Assembly: GCF_018350175.1 (NCBI RefSeq)
Contig: NC_058368.1
Location: 101,248,001-101,312,000, forward strand
DNA length: 64,000 bases
Direction: 5' to 3'
Source: Felis catus
Lineage: Eukaryota
How positions within the stretch are numbered: position 1 is the first letter of the stretch; each line of letters starts with the position of its first letter. The position numbers and the translations under genes were made by a program. Under the pieces are notes generated by a model, which saw nothing but the letters and a program-made list of their open reading frames with translations, was not told the origin of the DNA and made no database searches. This document shows, in pieces, positions 50,331 to 63,471 of the stretch.

Positions 50331-51280
50331 ATGTAGTTTATATGAACTAATTAACACACAATTTTTACTTTTCCTCAGTGTAAGCTTTTTCTACATTTAC
50401 AATCACTAGGTTGTTTTGTGAAGGCTAACAAAATCGATTGTGGACGTGATTTGATGGACTCATCTATCTGTGAAACTTCAGAACATATCACTAGGGGCAA
50501 AATAGCAAACACAGGACCGAACATAGTAAGAAGAATCAACTGTCATTTTAGGTCTTAACAAAATGGTGCGCTTGGTGGAGGCGAGAGAATGAAACATGAA
50601 TGTTGAGTTTTCCGGTTTTCCTTTATCTGTGACTGAAGGTTCTCCATCATCTGTCGCCAGTAGATAGAGAGTATCTACTTCTCTTTTGCTCTTTACCTCT
50701 GGGAGCCTTGGTTTGATACTGTTTATAAGTTGTACTTTATCACTTCCCCTCCGGGGTCTCCATAAAATTAGCAGGATGCCTCTAGTCAAAAATGTCTGCT
50801 GAGGAGGTAAGGCATAAATGTGGGACCTTTCTCTAATCCCCTCCTGTGTTATAAAACCCCTGAGGGCGGAGGCTCTATCACAGTCACCCTTGTGCAGGTC
50901 GCTGATGTTGGACACCGGCACGTAGAAGTATGTCACCAAATGTTGCCAGCTTGTAACTATCCTGCCTTCCCTCCTCTTTTCTGCTACTTAGCCTTCTTTT
51001 CATCGTCCTCACTACATCCCCACAGAAAATGTGTCTGTCTCCTTTGTCTTCAACACATGCCTTCCTGCCTGACAGTAGGCGAGCAGGCGCCATTTAACCT
51101 TGCCTGTGGCAAGCAGAAAGAAGTGGGTTGGGAAGAAAGATTTCTTGACTCTGAAGGATGTTAAACCCTGACACAGGTTGATGGGAGAGGTTATGGTGTC
51201 TCTCTCAGAGACCGTTGAAAATAGAGAATATTTGGAATGATTCAGGGGTAAATCTCTACCTAGAGATGTAGTTTAACATT

Positions 51281-51498
51281 CTTTTGCTTAAAATTTTTTA
51301 ATGTCTACTTAGTTTTGAGAGAGAGAGAGCACGAGCAGGGCAGGGGCAGAGCGAGAGAGGGAGGCACAGAATCCAAAGCAGGCTCCAGGTTCTGAGCCAT
51401 CAGCACAGAGCCCGACGCGGGGCTCGAATCCATGAACCATGAGATCATGACCTTTGCCGAAGTTGGACACTTAACCAACTGAGCTACCCAGGCGCCCC
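51281..51498 (-). mobile_element. CanSINE
   Basis: TSD-like tag(a)tttaacatt. Confidence 0.95.
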
Positions 51499-52981
51499 TA
51501 GATTTAACATTTTTAAAGCATACGTATGTACATACATATTCTTCTTGTATAAAACTTACTTGTGTTCATTGCAGAAAATTAGTACAACCGAGGGGTTTAC
51601 AAAGAAGAAAATAATCACCATAATCACCCCACCTAAAAAGAGCTACAGTTAATTTTTTAAGTGTATTCCTTTGTGTTTTTTTAAATGTATTTACTCATAC
51701 ATTTATTCATTCAACAAATTTGTCAATAGGTACCTACCAGTATTCTATCCAGAAGTAGACCATAAATAATCACAAAAAAGAGGAAAATGGTAAAGTATAG
51801 TAAAAGGTGTTAAGGGCCTAGAAAAAATAGTGCAGATGAAGTAAGGTGGTCAGAGAGGCTGGGATAGAAAGGAGGAAATTACCTCCTTTTAATAGGGTAG
51901 AGAAATAGTTTTATTGTCAGTGATATCCTTTGTTTTTAAAATTTATTGAGGATATAATTGCCGTATAACATTAATTTCAGGTGTATGATGATGATTTGAT
52001 ATTGTATATACTGAGAAATGATCACAGTAAATCTGGTTAACATCTGTCACCATATGTAGTTACAATTTTTTTTCTTGTGATAAGAACTTTTACGACTCAC
52101 TATCGCAAAAGCTTTTAAATATGCAATACAGTATTAACTATAGTCACTATGCTGTACATCCCATCCCCGTGGCTTTGGTATTTTACTTCTGAAATTTTTA
52201 CCTTCTGACCCTTTTCAACTATTTCACCTACCTCCCCACCTCTGGCAACCACCAATCTGTTCTTTGTATCTATGCGCACACACAAGAAAGTGGAATTTTT
52301 TGTTTCCTTTTTTTTCTTTAAGTTTCCACATTTAAGTGAGTTAATACGGTATCTGTCTGGGCTTGACTTTGCTTCCCATGACCTCAAAGACCATCCATGT
52401 TGTTACAAATGGGAAGATTTCATTCTTTTTATGGCTAAATAATATTCCATTTTATATATATACACCGTATCTTCTTTCTCCAGTCATCTATCAGTGGACA
52501 CATAGGTTGTTTCCATGTCGTGCTTATTGTAAATAATATTGCAATAGTCGTGAGAGGGTGCACATATCATTTTGAGTTAACGTTTTCATTTTCTTCAGAT
52601 CGATACCTGGAAGTCAGATTGCTGGGCTATATGGTAGTTCTCTTAATTTTTTGAGGAACTTCTTTATCATTTTCACAGCGGTTGTGCCCACTTGCATTCC
52701 CACCCAAGTTCACAGGCTTGTCTTTATCCTACATCCTCGCTAATACTCGTTAGTGCTTGTCTTTTTCATACTAGACATTCAGACCGGTATAAAGTGATAC
52801 TTCATTGTGGTTTTAACTTGCATCTCCCTGATGATTAGCAATGTTGAGCACCTTTTCATGTACTTGTTGCCCGTCTGTCCTCTTGGAAAAAAATGTCTTT
52901 CCAGATTTTCAGCCATTTTTTTAATTGGACTATTTGTTTTAGGGGGTGTTTTTGTTTTTTGTTTTTTGTTTTTGGGGGGTT

Positions 52982-53023
<42 letters not shown>

Positions 53024-53665
53024 ATTGAATTAAGTCTGTATAGGTTTTGGATACCAGCCCCTTCCTAGATACATGATTTGCAACTATCGTCTATTCAGTA
53101 GGTTGCCTTTTCATTTTGTTGACAGTTTCCTTTGCTGTGTAGAGGCTTTTTAGTTTGATGTAGTTCCACTTACTTATTCAGACGTTTGTTGCCTTCACTT
53201 TTGTATCAAATTTAAAAACTGATTGCCAGGACTGATGTCAAGGAATTTACCCTGACTTCTTCTTGGAGTTTTATGGTTTCAGGCTTACATTCAAGTCTTT
53301 AATCCATTTTGAATTATTTTTCTGTATGGTGTATGAGAGTAGTCCAGTTTTATTCTTTTGCTTATGGCTGTCCAATTTTTCCAGCACCGTTTATTGAAGA
53401 GATCATCTTTTTCTCCTTGTGTATTTTGACTCATTTCTCATAAATTAAATGATCATAAATGCACGGGCTTATTTCTAGACTCTCTATTCCTTGCCATCAA
53501 TCTATGTTTCTGCCAGAGCTTTGTGATACAGTTTGAAATCAGGAAGAATGATGCTTCTCAGCTTTGTTTTTCTTTCTCAAGTTTGCTCTGGCTATTTGGG
53601 GTCATTTGAGGATCCATACAAATTTTAAGACTGTTCTGTTTTTGTGAGAAATGCCATTGGGATCT

Positions 53666-53763
53666 TTTTTTTTTTTTTTTTTAAGTAAGCTCTACACCCA
53701 ACGTGGGGCTTGAACTCATGACCCCACATCAAGAGTCTCATGCCCTACCAACTGAGCCAGCCA
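53666..53763 (-). mobile_element. Short tRNA-Lys-like CanSINE
   Basis: taagtaagctctacacccaacgtggggcttgaactc..caactgagccagcca. Confidence 0.9.
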
Positions 53764-54805
53764 AGTTTATTTCAATGTTTTCAATTTTTATTTGCCGTTG
53801 GAATCTTGACAGGGATTGCTTAGACTCTGTAGATTGCTCTGGGTAGTATAGACATTGTAAAGAAATTCTGGGAATCCCCATCCATGGAAATCTTGCTACA
53901 TATTTGTGTTTTTCATGAATTTCTTACAGTTTTCACGTTACAGGCATTTTACCTTTGCGACTGAATTTATTCCTAGGTCTTTTTACTCTTATTGGTGCAA
54001 TTATGAAGGAGATTATTTTGCTCACTTCCGTTTGCCTTAGTTCATTAACAGTGCACAGCAACACAACAGATTTTGGATATTGATTTTTGTGTCCTGCAGC
54101 TTTACTGTATATGTTGATAATTTAGAACTTTTGTTTTGTGTGGCATCTTTATGGTTTTGTCTCTCTAGTATGATCTTCATTTAGAGATAATTTCACTTCC
54201 TCCTTTTCTATTTGGATGTCTTTCATTTCCTTTTCTTGCCTAACTGTTCTGGCTCTGACTTCCCATACTCTCCTGAATAAAAGTGCCGACAGTGGACATC
54301 GTGACCTTTTTTTTGATCTTAAGGGATACGTTTACAGCTTTTTATCATGAAACACGATGTTAGCTGGGGACTTGTCATACCTGGCGTTTCTTATGTTGGG
54401 GTAGATTCCCTCTATAATCATTTTATTGAGTTTTTTTTTATCATGAAAGATGTTGAATTTTGTCAGATGGTTTTTCTGCATCTCTTGAGGTGATCATAGG
54501 ACTTTCAGGCTTTATTTTGTTCACGTGTTCTATCCACATTGATCAATTTGTGGATGTTGACCCATTCTCCTATCTCTGCGGTAAATCCCCCTTGATCATG
54601 GTGTACTATATAGTTAATGTATTGTTGAATTTGGTTTGCTAATTATTTGGGTGTTTTTACATCTGTGTTCACGAGGGATTCCTTGAAATTTTCTTGTGGT
54701 ATCCTTGTCTGGTTTTGGTATCAGGGTAATGCTGGTCTCAATAAATTAGTGTCGAAAGCATACCTTTTTGGATTTTTTGGAACAGTTTGAGAAATATTGG
54801 TATTC

Positions 54806-55020
54806 TTTTTTTTAATTTTTTGAATATTTATTTTTGAGAGACAGACAGCAGGTGAGGGGGAGGCGGGGGGCAGAGAGAGAGGGAGACACAGAATCGAAAG
54901 CAGGCTCCAGGCTCTGAGCTGTCAGCACAGAGCCCGACGTGGGGCTCGAGCCCACAAACTGCGAGATTATGACCTGAGCCAAAGTTGTATGCTTAACCGA
55001 CTGAGCCACCCAGGTGGCCC
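54806..55020 (-). mobile_element. CanSINE
   Basis: Full body; sits in the tail of the adjacent short SINE. Confidence 0.95.
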
Positions 55021-55145
55021 TCTTTTTTATTTTTATTTTTTCAAGATTTTATTTTTAAGTAATCTCTACACCCTGTGTGTGGCTCGAACTCCAACCCTGA
55101 GATCAAGACTCTCATGCTCTTCCAACTGAGCCAGCCAGGCGTCCC
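55021..55145 (-). mobile_element. Short tRNA-Lys-like CanSINE
   Basis: aagtaatctctacaccc..ccaactgagccagccaggcgtccc. Confidence 0.9.
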
Positions 55146-57090
55146 AGTATAGGTATTCTTTGAATGTGTGGTAAAATTCACCTGTGAGGCTCTCTGGTCC
55201 TGGACTTCGATTTGTTGGGAGGTTTTGGATTACTGATTCAGTCTGTCTACCAGCAATTTTTCTGCTCAGGGTTTTGGGCAGGGGGGATAGTTTAGGTTTT
55301 TGAGTTTGTTTGGTTTTTGTTTCCTTATGATTCAGTCTTGGTAGGTTGTACATGTCTAGGAATTTATTCATTTCTGCTAGGTTATCTAATCTTTTGCTAA
55401 ATATATGCTCGTAGAGGCCTCTTAAGATTTTATCTATTTCTGTGCTATTAGGTGTAATGTCCCCTCTTTGATTTCTGATCTTATTTATGTCAGACTTCTC
55501 TTTTTCTCGATGAGTTTAGCTGAAGACGTGTCAATTTGTTTATCTTTTTAAAGAACCAACTTTTAGTTTTGTTGTTCTTTCCTACGCTTTTTTTTTCTTC
55601 TTCTTTTCCTTTTTTTTTAGTCTCCATTTACTTCCACCCTGATCTTTGCTGTTTCTTTCTTTTCTTTCCTTTTCTTTCTTTTTTTGGCTGAGATTTTTCT
55701 TCTTTACTGATGTAGACGATGTACTCCTATGAGCTTCCCTCTTGTAACAGCTTTTGCTGCGTCTCAAAAGTTTTGGCATTTTGTGTTTCCATTTTCATTT
55801 CTCTCAAGTTATTTCTTTGATTTCCTTCTTGATTTCTCCTTTGGCCTGTTGTTCATTCAGTAGCATGTTATTTAATCTCCGCATACTAGCGAATTTTCTA
55901 GTTTTCGTTTTTTAATTGATTTCTGGTTTCTTATCACTGTGGTTAGAAAAAGATGCTTCATATGGTTTCATATGATTTTAGTCTTAATAAGTTTATCAGA
56001 ACTTTTGTGGGGGGTGGCCCAAGATCAATACTAGACAATATTCCATGTGTGCTGAAAGAGAATCTGTGCTCTAAGGCTTTTAGATTGAATGTTCTGTGTA
56101 TCTGATACATCCCTCTGGTCTAATGGGTCATTTAAAGCCGATGTTTCCTGGTTTGTTTGTTTTTTGTCTGGATGATCTGTTCATTGTTGTAAGGGGTTTT
56201 AAAATTCACACCCCCCCCCCACCTATTCAGTTGCTATCTGTTTCTCTCTTGAGGTCTGTTACTATTTTCACTATAATTTTAGATGCTCCTATGTTGATGC
56301 CACAAATATTTACAAATGTTGTATTCTCTTCTTGGATTGACCCATTTAACTTTGTGTAATGCCCTTCTTTGTCTCTTCTTAAAGCCTTTCATAGAGTTTC
56401 TCTTTTGTCTAAGTATAGCTATCCCAGTTTTCCTGTGGTGTCGATTTCACGGAACATTTTTTCCCCCCATCCGTTCACTTTGAATCTGTGAGTGTCCTTA
56501 CATGTGAAGTGAGCATCTGTAGACAGTACATGGATGAGTTGGGATTGTGATGTTAAGTGGTTGGATCAGGGAAGGCCTGATGGAAGTGTATTTGAACAAA
56601 GATAGAATTTGGCTCATTTCAAACACACAACTAGACGAGTTTGTTTTGGTGGTAAAGTTACTCTTTTAAACATGATTCTCTCATAGATGCACATTACCTT
56701 TTGAATGAGCCTCATTTTATGTAACCTTATGGTTGGACCCTTAAATCAACTCTGTTTATTTTTTCTGTGATCTCTACTATTAACTATAATAGGCGTGATC
56801 GCTTTAGTCACATACTGCAATTAGCAATATAAAGGTAAGATTTAGATCAGTAAAGATGAGGCAGCACTAGGGTAAAAATGTTACCTTTCTGAGAAATGAT
56901 GCCGCGTTTTCCCGGTTACTTTCAATCCGTTCATGTGTTTTGAAAATAACATTTACGAAGATTTTAGCTCAAATCTCTATATCCATTGTTCACGTTTTAA
57001 AAAACACAGAAAAGCAAAAGAAATATTGCGAGACCCGTGGTCACACCTTCCACCATCCATCCCATTTTGTCACAACGCACTTACTTTGAA

Positions 57091-57305
57091 TTTTTTTTTT
57101 TTAACGTTTATTTATTTTTGAGACAGAGAGAGACACAGCATGAACAGGGGAGGGGCAGAGAGAGAGGGAGACACAGAATTGGCAGCAGGCTCCAGGCTCT
57201 GAGCCATCAGCCCAGAGCCGGACGCGGGGCTTGAACTCACGGACTGCGAGATTGTGACCTGAGCTGAAGTCAGATGCCCAACCAACTGAGCCACCCAGGC
57301 ACCCC
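57091..57305 (-). mobile_element. Feline CanSINE
   Basis: TSD gcactta(gtta)ctttg. Confidence 0.96.
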
Positions 57306-58139
57306 GCACTTAGTTACTTTGTATCCTGTGAAACATATGGTTAGCATTTTCATGGAAATAACTGAACATTTTTAAAGTTTTTAAGTGTTTGACTTACAAA
57401 ATATTTTACGTTGCCATTTTTGAAGTACTCTTTTACAACATAATTTTGTAGGAAATGTGTCCACGTGATAGTTGGGCCACTGCATAAACTATCCCCACTT
57501 TACGAACTGAAATGTCTGATTTATCAGTCTTAGAAAATCCTTTCTCATACACCCTTGCACACAACTCTTATTATAATAAAGACCTCAATCTTTCATCTGT
57601 GTTGCAAATATTTTCCCTAGTTTGTTGCTTTCCTTTCGCTTTTATTTATGTTGTTTTTTGACTTGAAGAAATTAAATCTATCAATCCTATCCTTAAGGGA
57701 TCCTTCTTTTATGTTTTTAAAGACCTTTAGCACCCTGAGGCTTTGGGTCTTTTTTTTTTTTAAACTCTTTTTTCCCTGGTGGGATTTATTTTGGCCTATG
57801 GCATGACATTTACTGAACTGCCTTTATTTCTTTTGGAATAGTTATAGCTTGGTTAACCTTCAATAGGCCTTTCTTGCCTTTATTTTGTTATTCTATCAGT
57901 CAGGACTGATCTGAATACTCCTTCAAACCATATGTAGGAGCAAAGGTGGTGCTTCTATGGACATTCCAAGTAGTGAGATCCCTGGGTATAGGCACCTGAT
58001 GGGTTCCAAGAGGACAAAAACTGTTTCACGGGGAAGAAAGGAGTGTGTCAGATTGAAAAATGTTAATGAACCGGGTTAGGAAAAGCTCTCAATGCATAAT
58101 TCCAGGGGAAAAAAACCTTTTAAAAGAACGCTGAATTTC

Positions 58140-58367
58140 TTTTTTTTTTTTAATTGTTTTTTCAATGTTTTTATTTATTTTTGGGACAGAGAGAGACAGA
58201 GCATGAACGGGGGAGGGGCAGAGAGAGAGGGAGACACAGAATCGGAAACAGGCTCCAGGCTCCGAGCCGGCAGCCCAGAGCCTGACGCGGGGCTCGAACT
58301 CACGGACCGCGAGATCGTGACCTGGCTGACGTCGGACGCTTAACCGACTGCGCCACCCAGGCGCCCC
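58140..58367 (-). mobile_element. Young feline CanSINE
   Basis: TSD aagaa(c/t)gctgaatttc. Confidence 0.97.
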
Positions 58368-58514
58368 AAGAATGCTGAATTTCAAAATGCCATTTGACAG
58401 TTCTGTAGGAGTTATTCAGACCAGATTCACAAACGGTGGCAAGCCGGGGTCTCTATTAGGATTTACTTAAGTGTATCAGTGAGTGCTCTCTTCTTGCTCT
58501 GAGAACATCAGGAA

Positions 58515-58710
58515 TGTAATAGTAACAAAAGCTGCGTTCGGTGTGCTCCTGCCGCATGCGCATGAGAGGCATTCTTGACACGTGGTGTTTATTTAATCCA
58601 TGCAGCACTCTAGAAAGGAGGTGTCCTTAGGACCCCCTACTTCACAGACGAGGAAACAGAGCCTTAGCAGTGGAGACAGTTTCTCAGATCACACAGCTCG
58701 CCGACTGTAT
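58515..58710 (-). mobile_element. MIR
   Basis: atttaatccatgcagcactct..ttcacagacgaggaaacagag..gatcacacagct. Confidence 0.75.
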
Positions 58711-59626
58711 GGAGAGGACTCCTCGACGTTTCCTATTCAAAATGTAATCAATGCAGTAGTAAAAAGAAAACATCGGGTAGGTCCTGACGGGATACATGAT
58801 ACGATGTTGGTAACTTTTGTTCAGTAGGATATGCCTGGAAAACTTGAGGTGCCTTAAGGTACCCCTGACCACTAGCAGCTGTATTTGATAAATGAGTGAT
58901 TATATAAAGGATATTCACCCAACAAGAGTTGGTGTTTCAGCGCAACCCCTTCAAAGGAGGTCATTGCCGTTTGGTGCTGAGAAAGCAGAGGTGCTAAGAG
59001 GGCACGTGGCAGCGTTGTTACTTAAAACCATGACTTCTAACTCTGCCATCAGTGATTCCCCTGATGTACACAGTGCAAGTTTGGAGGATTTCCCTTGGGA
59101 AACTTATTTGATCCAAACCTCAAAGTATTATGACAGAGGAGGGGATTCCCCCAAACTTATTTTATGAGGCCAGCATTGCCCTGATGCCAAAACCAGAAAA
59201 GGACGCATTTAGAAAAGAGGACCGCAGGCCACCGTCTCTGATGGATATAAATGCAAAAATCCTCAGGAAGGACTAACACACTGAATTCAGCAACATATTA
59301 AAAGCATCATTCACCATGATCAAGTGGGATTTATCCCTGGGATGCAAGGATGATTTGACATGAAGAAATCAATCAGTGTGCTGCATCTCATTAATAGAAT
59401 GGAAGAAAAGAATCCTGTGAACATCTCAGCAGATGCAAGAAAGCATTTGACAAAATTGAGTGTTTGTGAACATAATTTTGTCAAGTTAGGCATAGGAGGA
59501 ACATACCTCCACACGGCAAAGGTTGTAATATGATAAGCCCACAGCTAACATCAGACTCAATGGTAAAAGACTGAAAGATTTTCTTCTAAGATCAGAAACA
59601 AGGCAGTGATGAAAGAAATTGGAGAA

Positions 59627-59627
<1 letters not shown>

Positions 59628-59673
<46 letters not shown>
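59628..59673. repeat. (AC)23 microsatellite within L1
   Basis: Read directly. Confidence 0.97.
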
Positions 59674-59675
<2 letters not shown>

Positions 59676-60094
59676 AAAGAAATACCATGTTTATGGATTG
59701 GAAAAATTAATCTGGTTAAAATGTCAGTACTGTCAAAAGCCATCTATAGATTCAGTGCAATGCCTGTGAAGATTCCTTTTTTTTTTTTTACAGGAGTAGA
59801 AAAAAAGACTCCTCTAAAATTCATATGAAACAATGAAAGACCCCAAATAGCCAAAGATAATCTGAGAAAGAAGAGGAAAGCAGGAGGCATCCTACGCCCT
59901 GAATTCCAGCTATACTATAAGGCTATAGTCTTCCAAACAATATGGCACTAACATCAGAACAGTCAAATAGACCAATGGGAAAGAATTGAGGGCTGAGAAA
60001 TTAACCCAGGCATATATAGTTAACCAGTATTTGACAGAGGAGCCAAGAATGCTCATTGGAGAAAGAAGAGCCCCTTCAATAAATGGTGCTGGGA

Positions 60095-60262
60095 GGGGCA
60101 CCTGGGTGGCTCAATCGGTTGAGTGCCTGACTTCAGTTCAGGTCATGATATCGCAGTTCATGAGTTTGAGCCCCACATCAGGCTCTGTGCTGACAGCTCA
60201 GAGCCTGGAGCCTGCTTCCGATTCTATCTCCCTCTCTCTGATCCTCCCCCCACTCATGCTCT

Positions 60263-60311
<49 letters not shown>

Positions 60312-60330
60312 AATATATATAAATGGTAAA
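60095..60330 (+). mobile_element. CanSINE
   Basis: TSD aaatggt(g/a)ctggga. Confidence 0.95.
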
Positions 60331-60379
60331 AAATGGTACTGGGAAAATTAGATAATTACATGTAAAAGAATGAAAAATA

Positions 60380-60596
60380 GGGACACCTGGGTGGCTCAGT
60401 TGTTTGGGCGGCCAACTTTGGCTCAAGTCATGATCTCACAGTCCGTGAGCTGAAGCCCCATGACAAGATCTGTGCTGACAGCTCAGAGCCTGGAGCCTGT
60501 TTCATATTCTGTGCCTCCCTCTCTCTGACCCTCCCCTGTTCATGCTCTGTCTCTCTCTGTCTCAAAAACAAATAAACGTTAAAAAAATTTTTTTTA
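60380..60596 (+). mobile_element. CanSINE
   Basis: TSD aaaagaatgaaaaata. Confidence 0.95.
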
Positions 60597-61017
60597 AAAA
60601 AGAATGAAAAATAAACCCATATCTCATGCCACTCCCCCACATTAACATGAAGTGGATTAAAGAATTAAACCTAAGATGAGAAATCATGAAACCCCTAGAA
60701 GAAAACATAGGAATAAAGCTCCTTAATATAGGTCTTGCTAATGATTATTTGGATATGATACCTAAAGCACAAGCAACAAACAAGGTAAACTAAAAACCTT
60801 ATTTAAAGCAAAAGAAACCAGCAACAAAGTGAAAAGACAACCTGCAGAGAGTGGGAAAGAATATTCGTAAACCATGTGTCTTTAAAAAGATCACTACAAT
60901 TGACAAACCTTTAGCTAGATGAAGGAGGGCCAAAGACTCCAACATCTAAAACAAGAAATGAAAGAGGGGACGTTAATATTTTTATATAAATAAAAGGTAC
61001 TATAAGACAGTGGTATA

Positions 61018-61217
61018 GGGTCACCTGGGTGTCTCAGTTGGTTAAGCGTCTCATGCTTGATTTCTCCTCAGGTCATGATCTCACAGTTTGTCACTTCTGG
61101 CCCCCTGTCCGGCTCTGTGCTGACAGCGCAGAGCCTGCTTGAGATTCTCTCTCTCTCTCTCTCCCTCTGCCCCTCCCCTGCTTGTGCTCTTTCTCCGTCT
61201 CAAAAATAAATAAGCTT
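61018..61217 (+). mobile_element. CanSINE (older; tail continues to about 61468)
   Basis: Outer TSD aagaca(g/a)tggtata. Confidence 0.93.
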
Positions 61218-61446
61218 GGGGCGCCTGGGTGGCGCAGTCGGTTAAGCATCCGACGTCAGCCAGGTCACGATCTCGCGGTCCGTGAGTTCGAACCCCGCGT
61301 CAGGCTCTGGGCTGATGGCTCAGAGCCTGGAGCCTGCTTCCGATTCTGTGTCTCCCTCTCTCTCTGCCCCTCCCCCGTTCATGCTCTGTCTCTCTCTGTC
61401 TCAAAAATAAACGTTAAAAAAAAAATTAAAAAAATAAAAAATAAAT
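61218..61446 (+). mobile_element. Young feline CanSINE nested in the previous SINE's tail
   Basis: TSD aaataaataa(g/a)ctt. Confidence 0.96.
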
Positions 61447-62803
61447 AAATAAATAAACTTAAAAAAAAAGACAATGGTATACAGATTTGTGCGCAAATAA
61501 GCTGGAAAATCTAAATGAAAGAGAGAAATTCCTAGAAATACACACACTACCTAGACTGAATGATGAACAAGAAGAAAATAAACCTATAACTAGTAATGAG
61601 ATTGAAGAATCTAATGAAAAGTTTAGGACAAAACGGCATCATTGGCGAATTTTATTCAGTATTTAAAGAAGAATTAAGCCCCATTATCTGCAAACTCTTC
61701 CAAAAAATTGAAGAAAATGAAAAACTCCTAAACTCATTCTCTGAGACAGCATTAGCCTGATAACAACACCAGAGACAACAAGAAAAGTAGAAACTAATAT
61801 CCCTGGAAAGCACTGGCATAAAAATTTTCAAGAAACTATTAGTGAACAGAATTCAGCAACACAAAGGATTATAAACTATGACCAAGTGGAATTTATTCCT
61901 GAAATATAATGATGGTTCAGCATATAAAAACTAATCAGTATAACAGACCACGTAAAAAGAATGAGGGAAGGAAAAAAATGTATCGTCTTGATTGATGCAG
62001 AAAAAGGAGTTGACAAAATTCAACACCCTTTGAATTAGAAACCAACAAACTAGGAATGGGAGGAAACTACCTCAACATAAAAAAGCCCCTGTATGAAAAA
62101 CCCAGAGCTAATTTCATACTCAATCGTGAGAGATTAAAAAGGCTTTTCTCAGCTTGTGAGTTCGAGCTGCTATAAGAGCTAGTAAATGAATTCAACCACA
62201 TCAAAGTATACAAGATGTGCAGGCACAATCAGTTGTGTTGCTATACACAACCAATGATCCAAAAAGGGAACGAAGAAAAGAACTCCATTTACAATACCAA
62301 CAAAAAGAATATTTAGGGATCAGTGTAACCAAGGAGGCGAAAATCTCGGGCCACAAAACTACAAAGTGTTGCTCCAATAAAAGGTGACACAAATATGGGA
62401 TAGAATAAAGAGCTTAGAAGTAAACCCTCACATATACAGTCCATTGATCTTTTTCGCCAAGGGTATCAGAAGCATCAGTAGAGAAACAATAATCTTTTCA
62501 ACAAATAGGGCTGAGGAAACTAGATACTCACCTGTAAAAAAAAAAAAAAAAAAAGTGAAGCTGGACCCATATCTTCCACCCTGTATGACACATTAAGTCA
62601 AATTGGAATCAAAGATCTAAATTTAAGAGCTAAAATTATAAAACTCTTAGAAGAAGACAGGGGGAAAATCATTACGACATTGAATCTGGCAATGATTTCG
62701 AGGGTATGACACTAAAACCACAAGCAGTGGAAGAGAAAATAAAATTGGAGTACCTCAAAATTAAAAATTTTATTTTTAAAAATTTTATTATTAAAAATGA
62801 TAA

Positions 62804-63010
62804 GTGGTGCCTGGGTGGCTCAGTCAGTTAAGCGTCTGACTTCAGCTCAGGTCATGATCTCATGGTTTGTGAGTTTGAGCCCCGTGTCGGGCTCTGTCAG
62901 AGCCTGGAGCCTGCTTTGGACGCTGTGTCTCCCTCTTTCTCTGCCCCTCCACTGCTCACATTCTGTCTGTCTGTCTCTCTCTCTCAAAAATAAATATTAA
63001 AATTTGTTTT
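62804..63010 (+). mobile_element. CanSINE
   Basis: Head, CT tract, tail. Confidence 0.93.
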
Positions 63011-63245
63011 AAAAGGACATAATGAACAGAAAGAAATGCAACTCACAGAATGCAGCAAAATATTGACGAATCGTATCTGATCAGGGTTAATATCCAGATA
63101 TATATATATATAAAAACCCCTCAACAACAACAAAATCAAGCAACCCAATTAAAAATGGAAAAGAACTTGAACAGACTTTTTCCAAAGAAAATATACAACT
63201 GGCCCGTAAGGACTAGAAAAGATGATCAACATCAATAATTATTAA

Positions 63246-63471
63246 ATTTTTTTTCAACGTTTTTTTATTTATTTTTGGGAGAGAGAGAGAGAGAGAGAGA
63301 GAGAGCACGAACGGGGGAGGGGCAGAGAGAGAGGGAGACACAGAATCGGAAACAGGCTCCAGGCTCCGAGCCATCAGCCCAGAGCCCGACGCGGGGCTCG
63401 AACTCACGGACTGTGAGATCGTGACCTGGCTGAAGTCGGACGCTTAACCGACTGCGCCACCCAGACGCCCC
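63246..63471 (-). mobile_element. Young feline CanSINE
   Basis: Perfect TSD acatcaataattattaa. Confidence 0.97.

Larger units (their letters stand above)
51930..56535 (-). mobile_element. About 4.6 kb L1 (L1MA9/carnivore-like), 3' UTR through most of ORF2, decayed
   Basis: 3' end tttattgaggatataattg..cagtattaactatagtcactatgctgtac; peptide MNKFLDMYNLPRLNHKE..SPGPESLTGEFYHTFKE at 55066-55371. Confidence 0.93.
59110..60880 (+). mobile_element. L1 ORF2 segment, internally deleted, with two SINEs and (AC)n
   Basis: ttttatgaggccagcattgccctgat..gatcaagtgggatttatccctgggatgcaagg; peptide [24 protein letters not shown]. Confidence 0.93.

Noticed and set aside
50478..50939. 153-aa minus-strand ORF
   Set aside because: Non-ATG start, no recognisable homology or exon structure; length compatible with chance.
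53666..55145. tRNA-Lys-like sequences
   Set aside because: They have A tails and SINE 3' extensions and are diverged, so they are short CanSINEs rather than tRNA genes.
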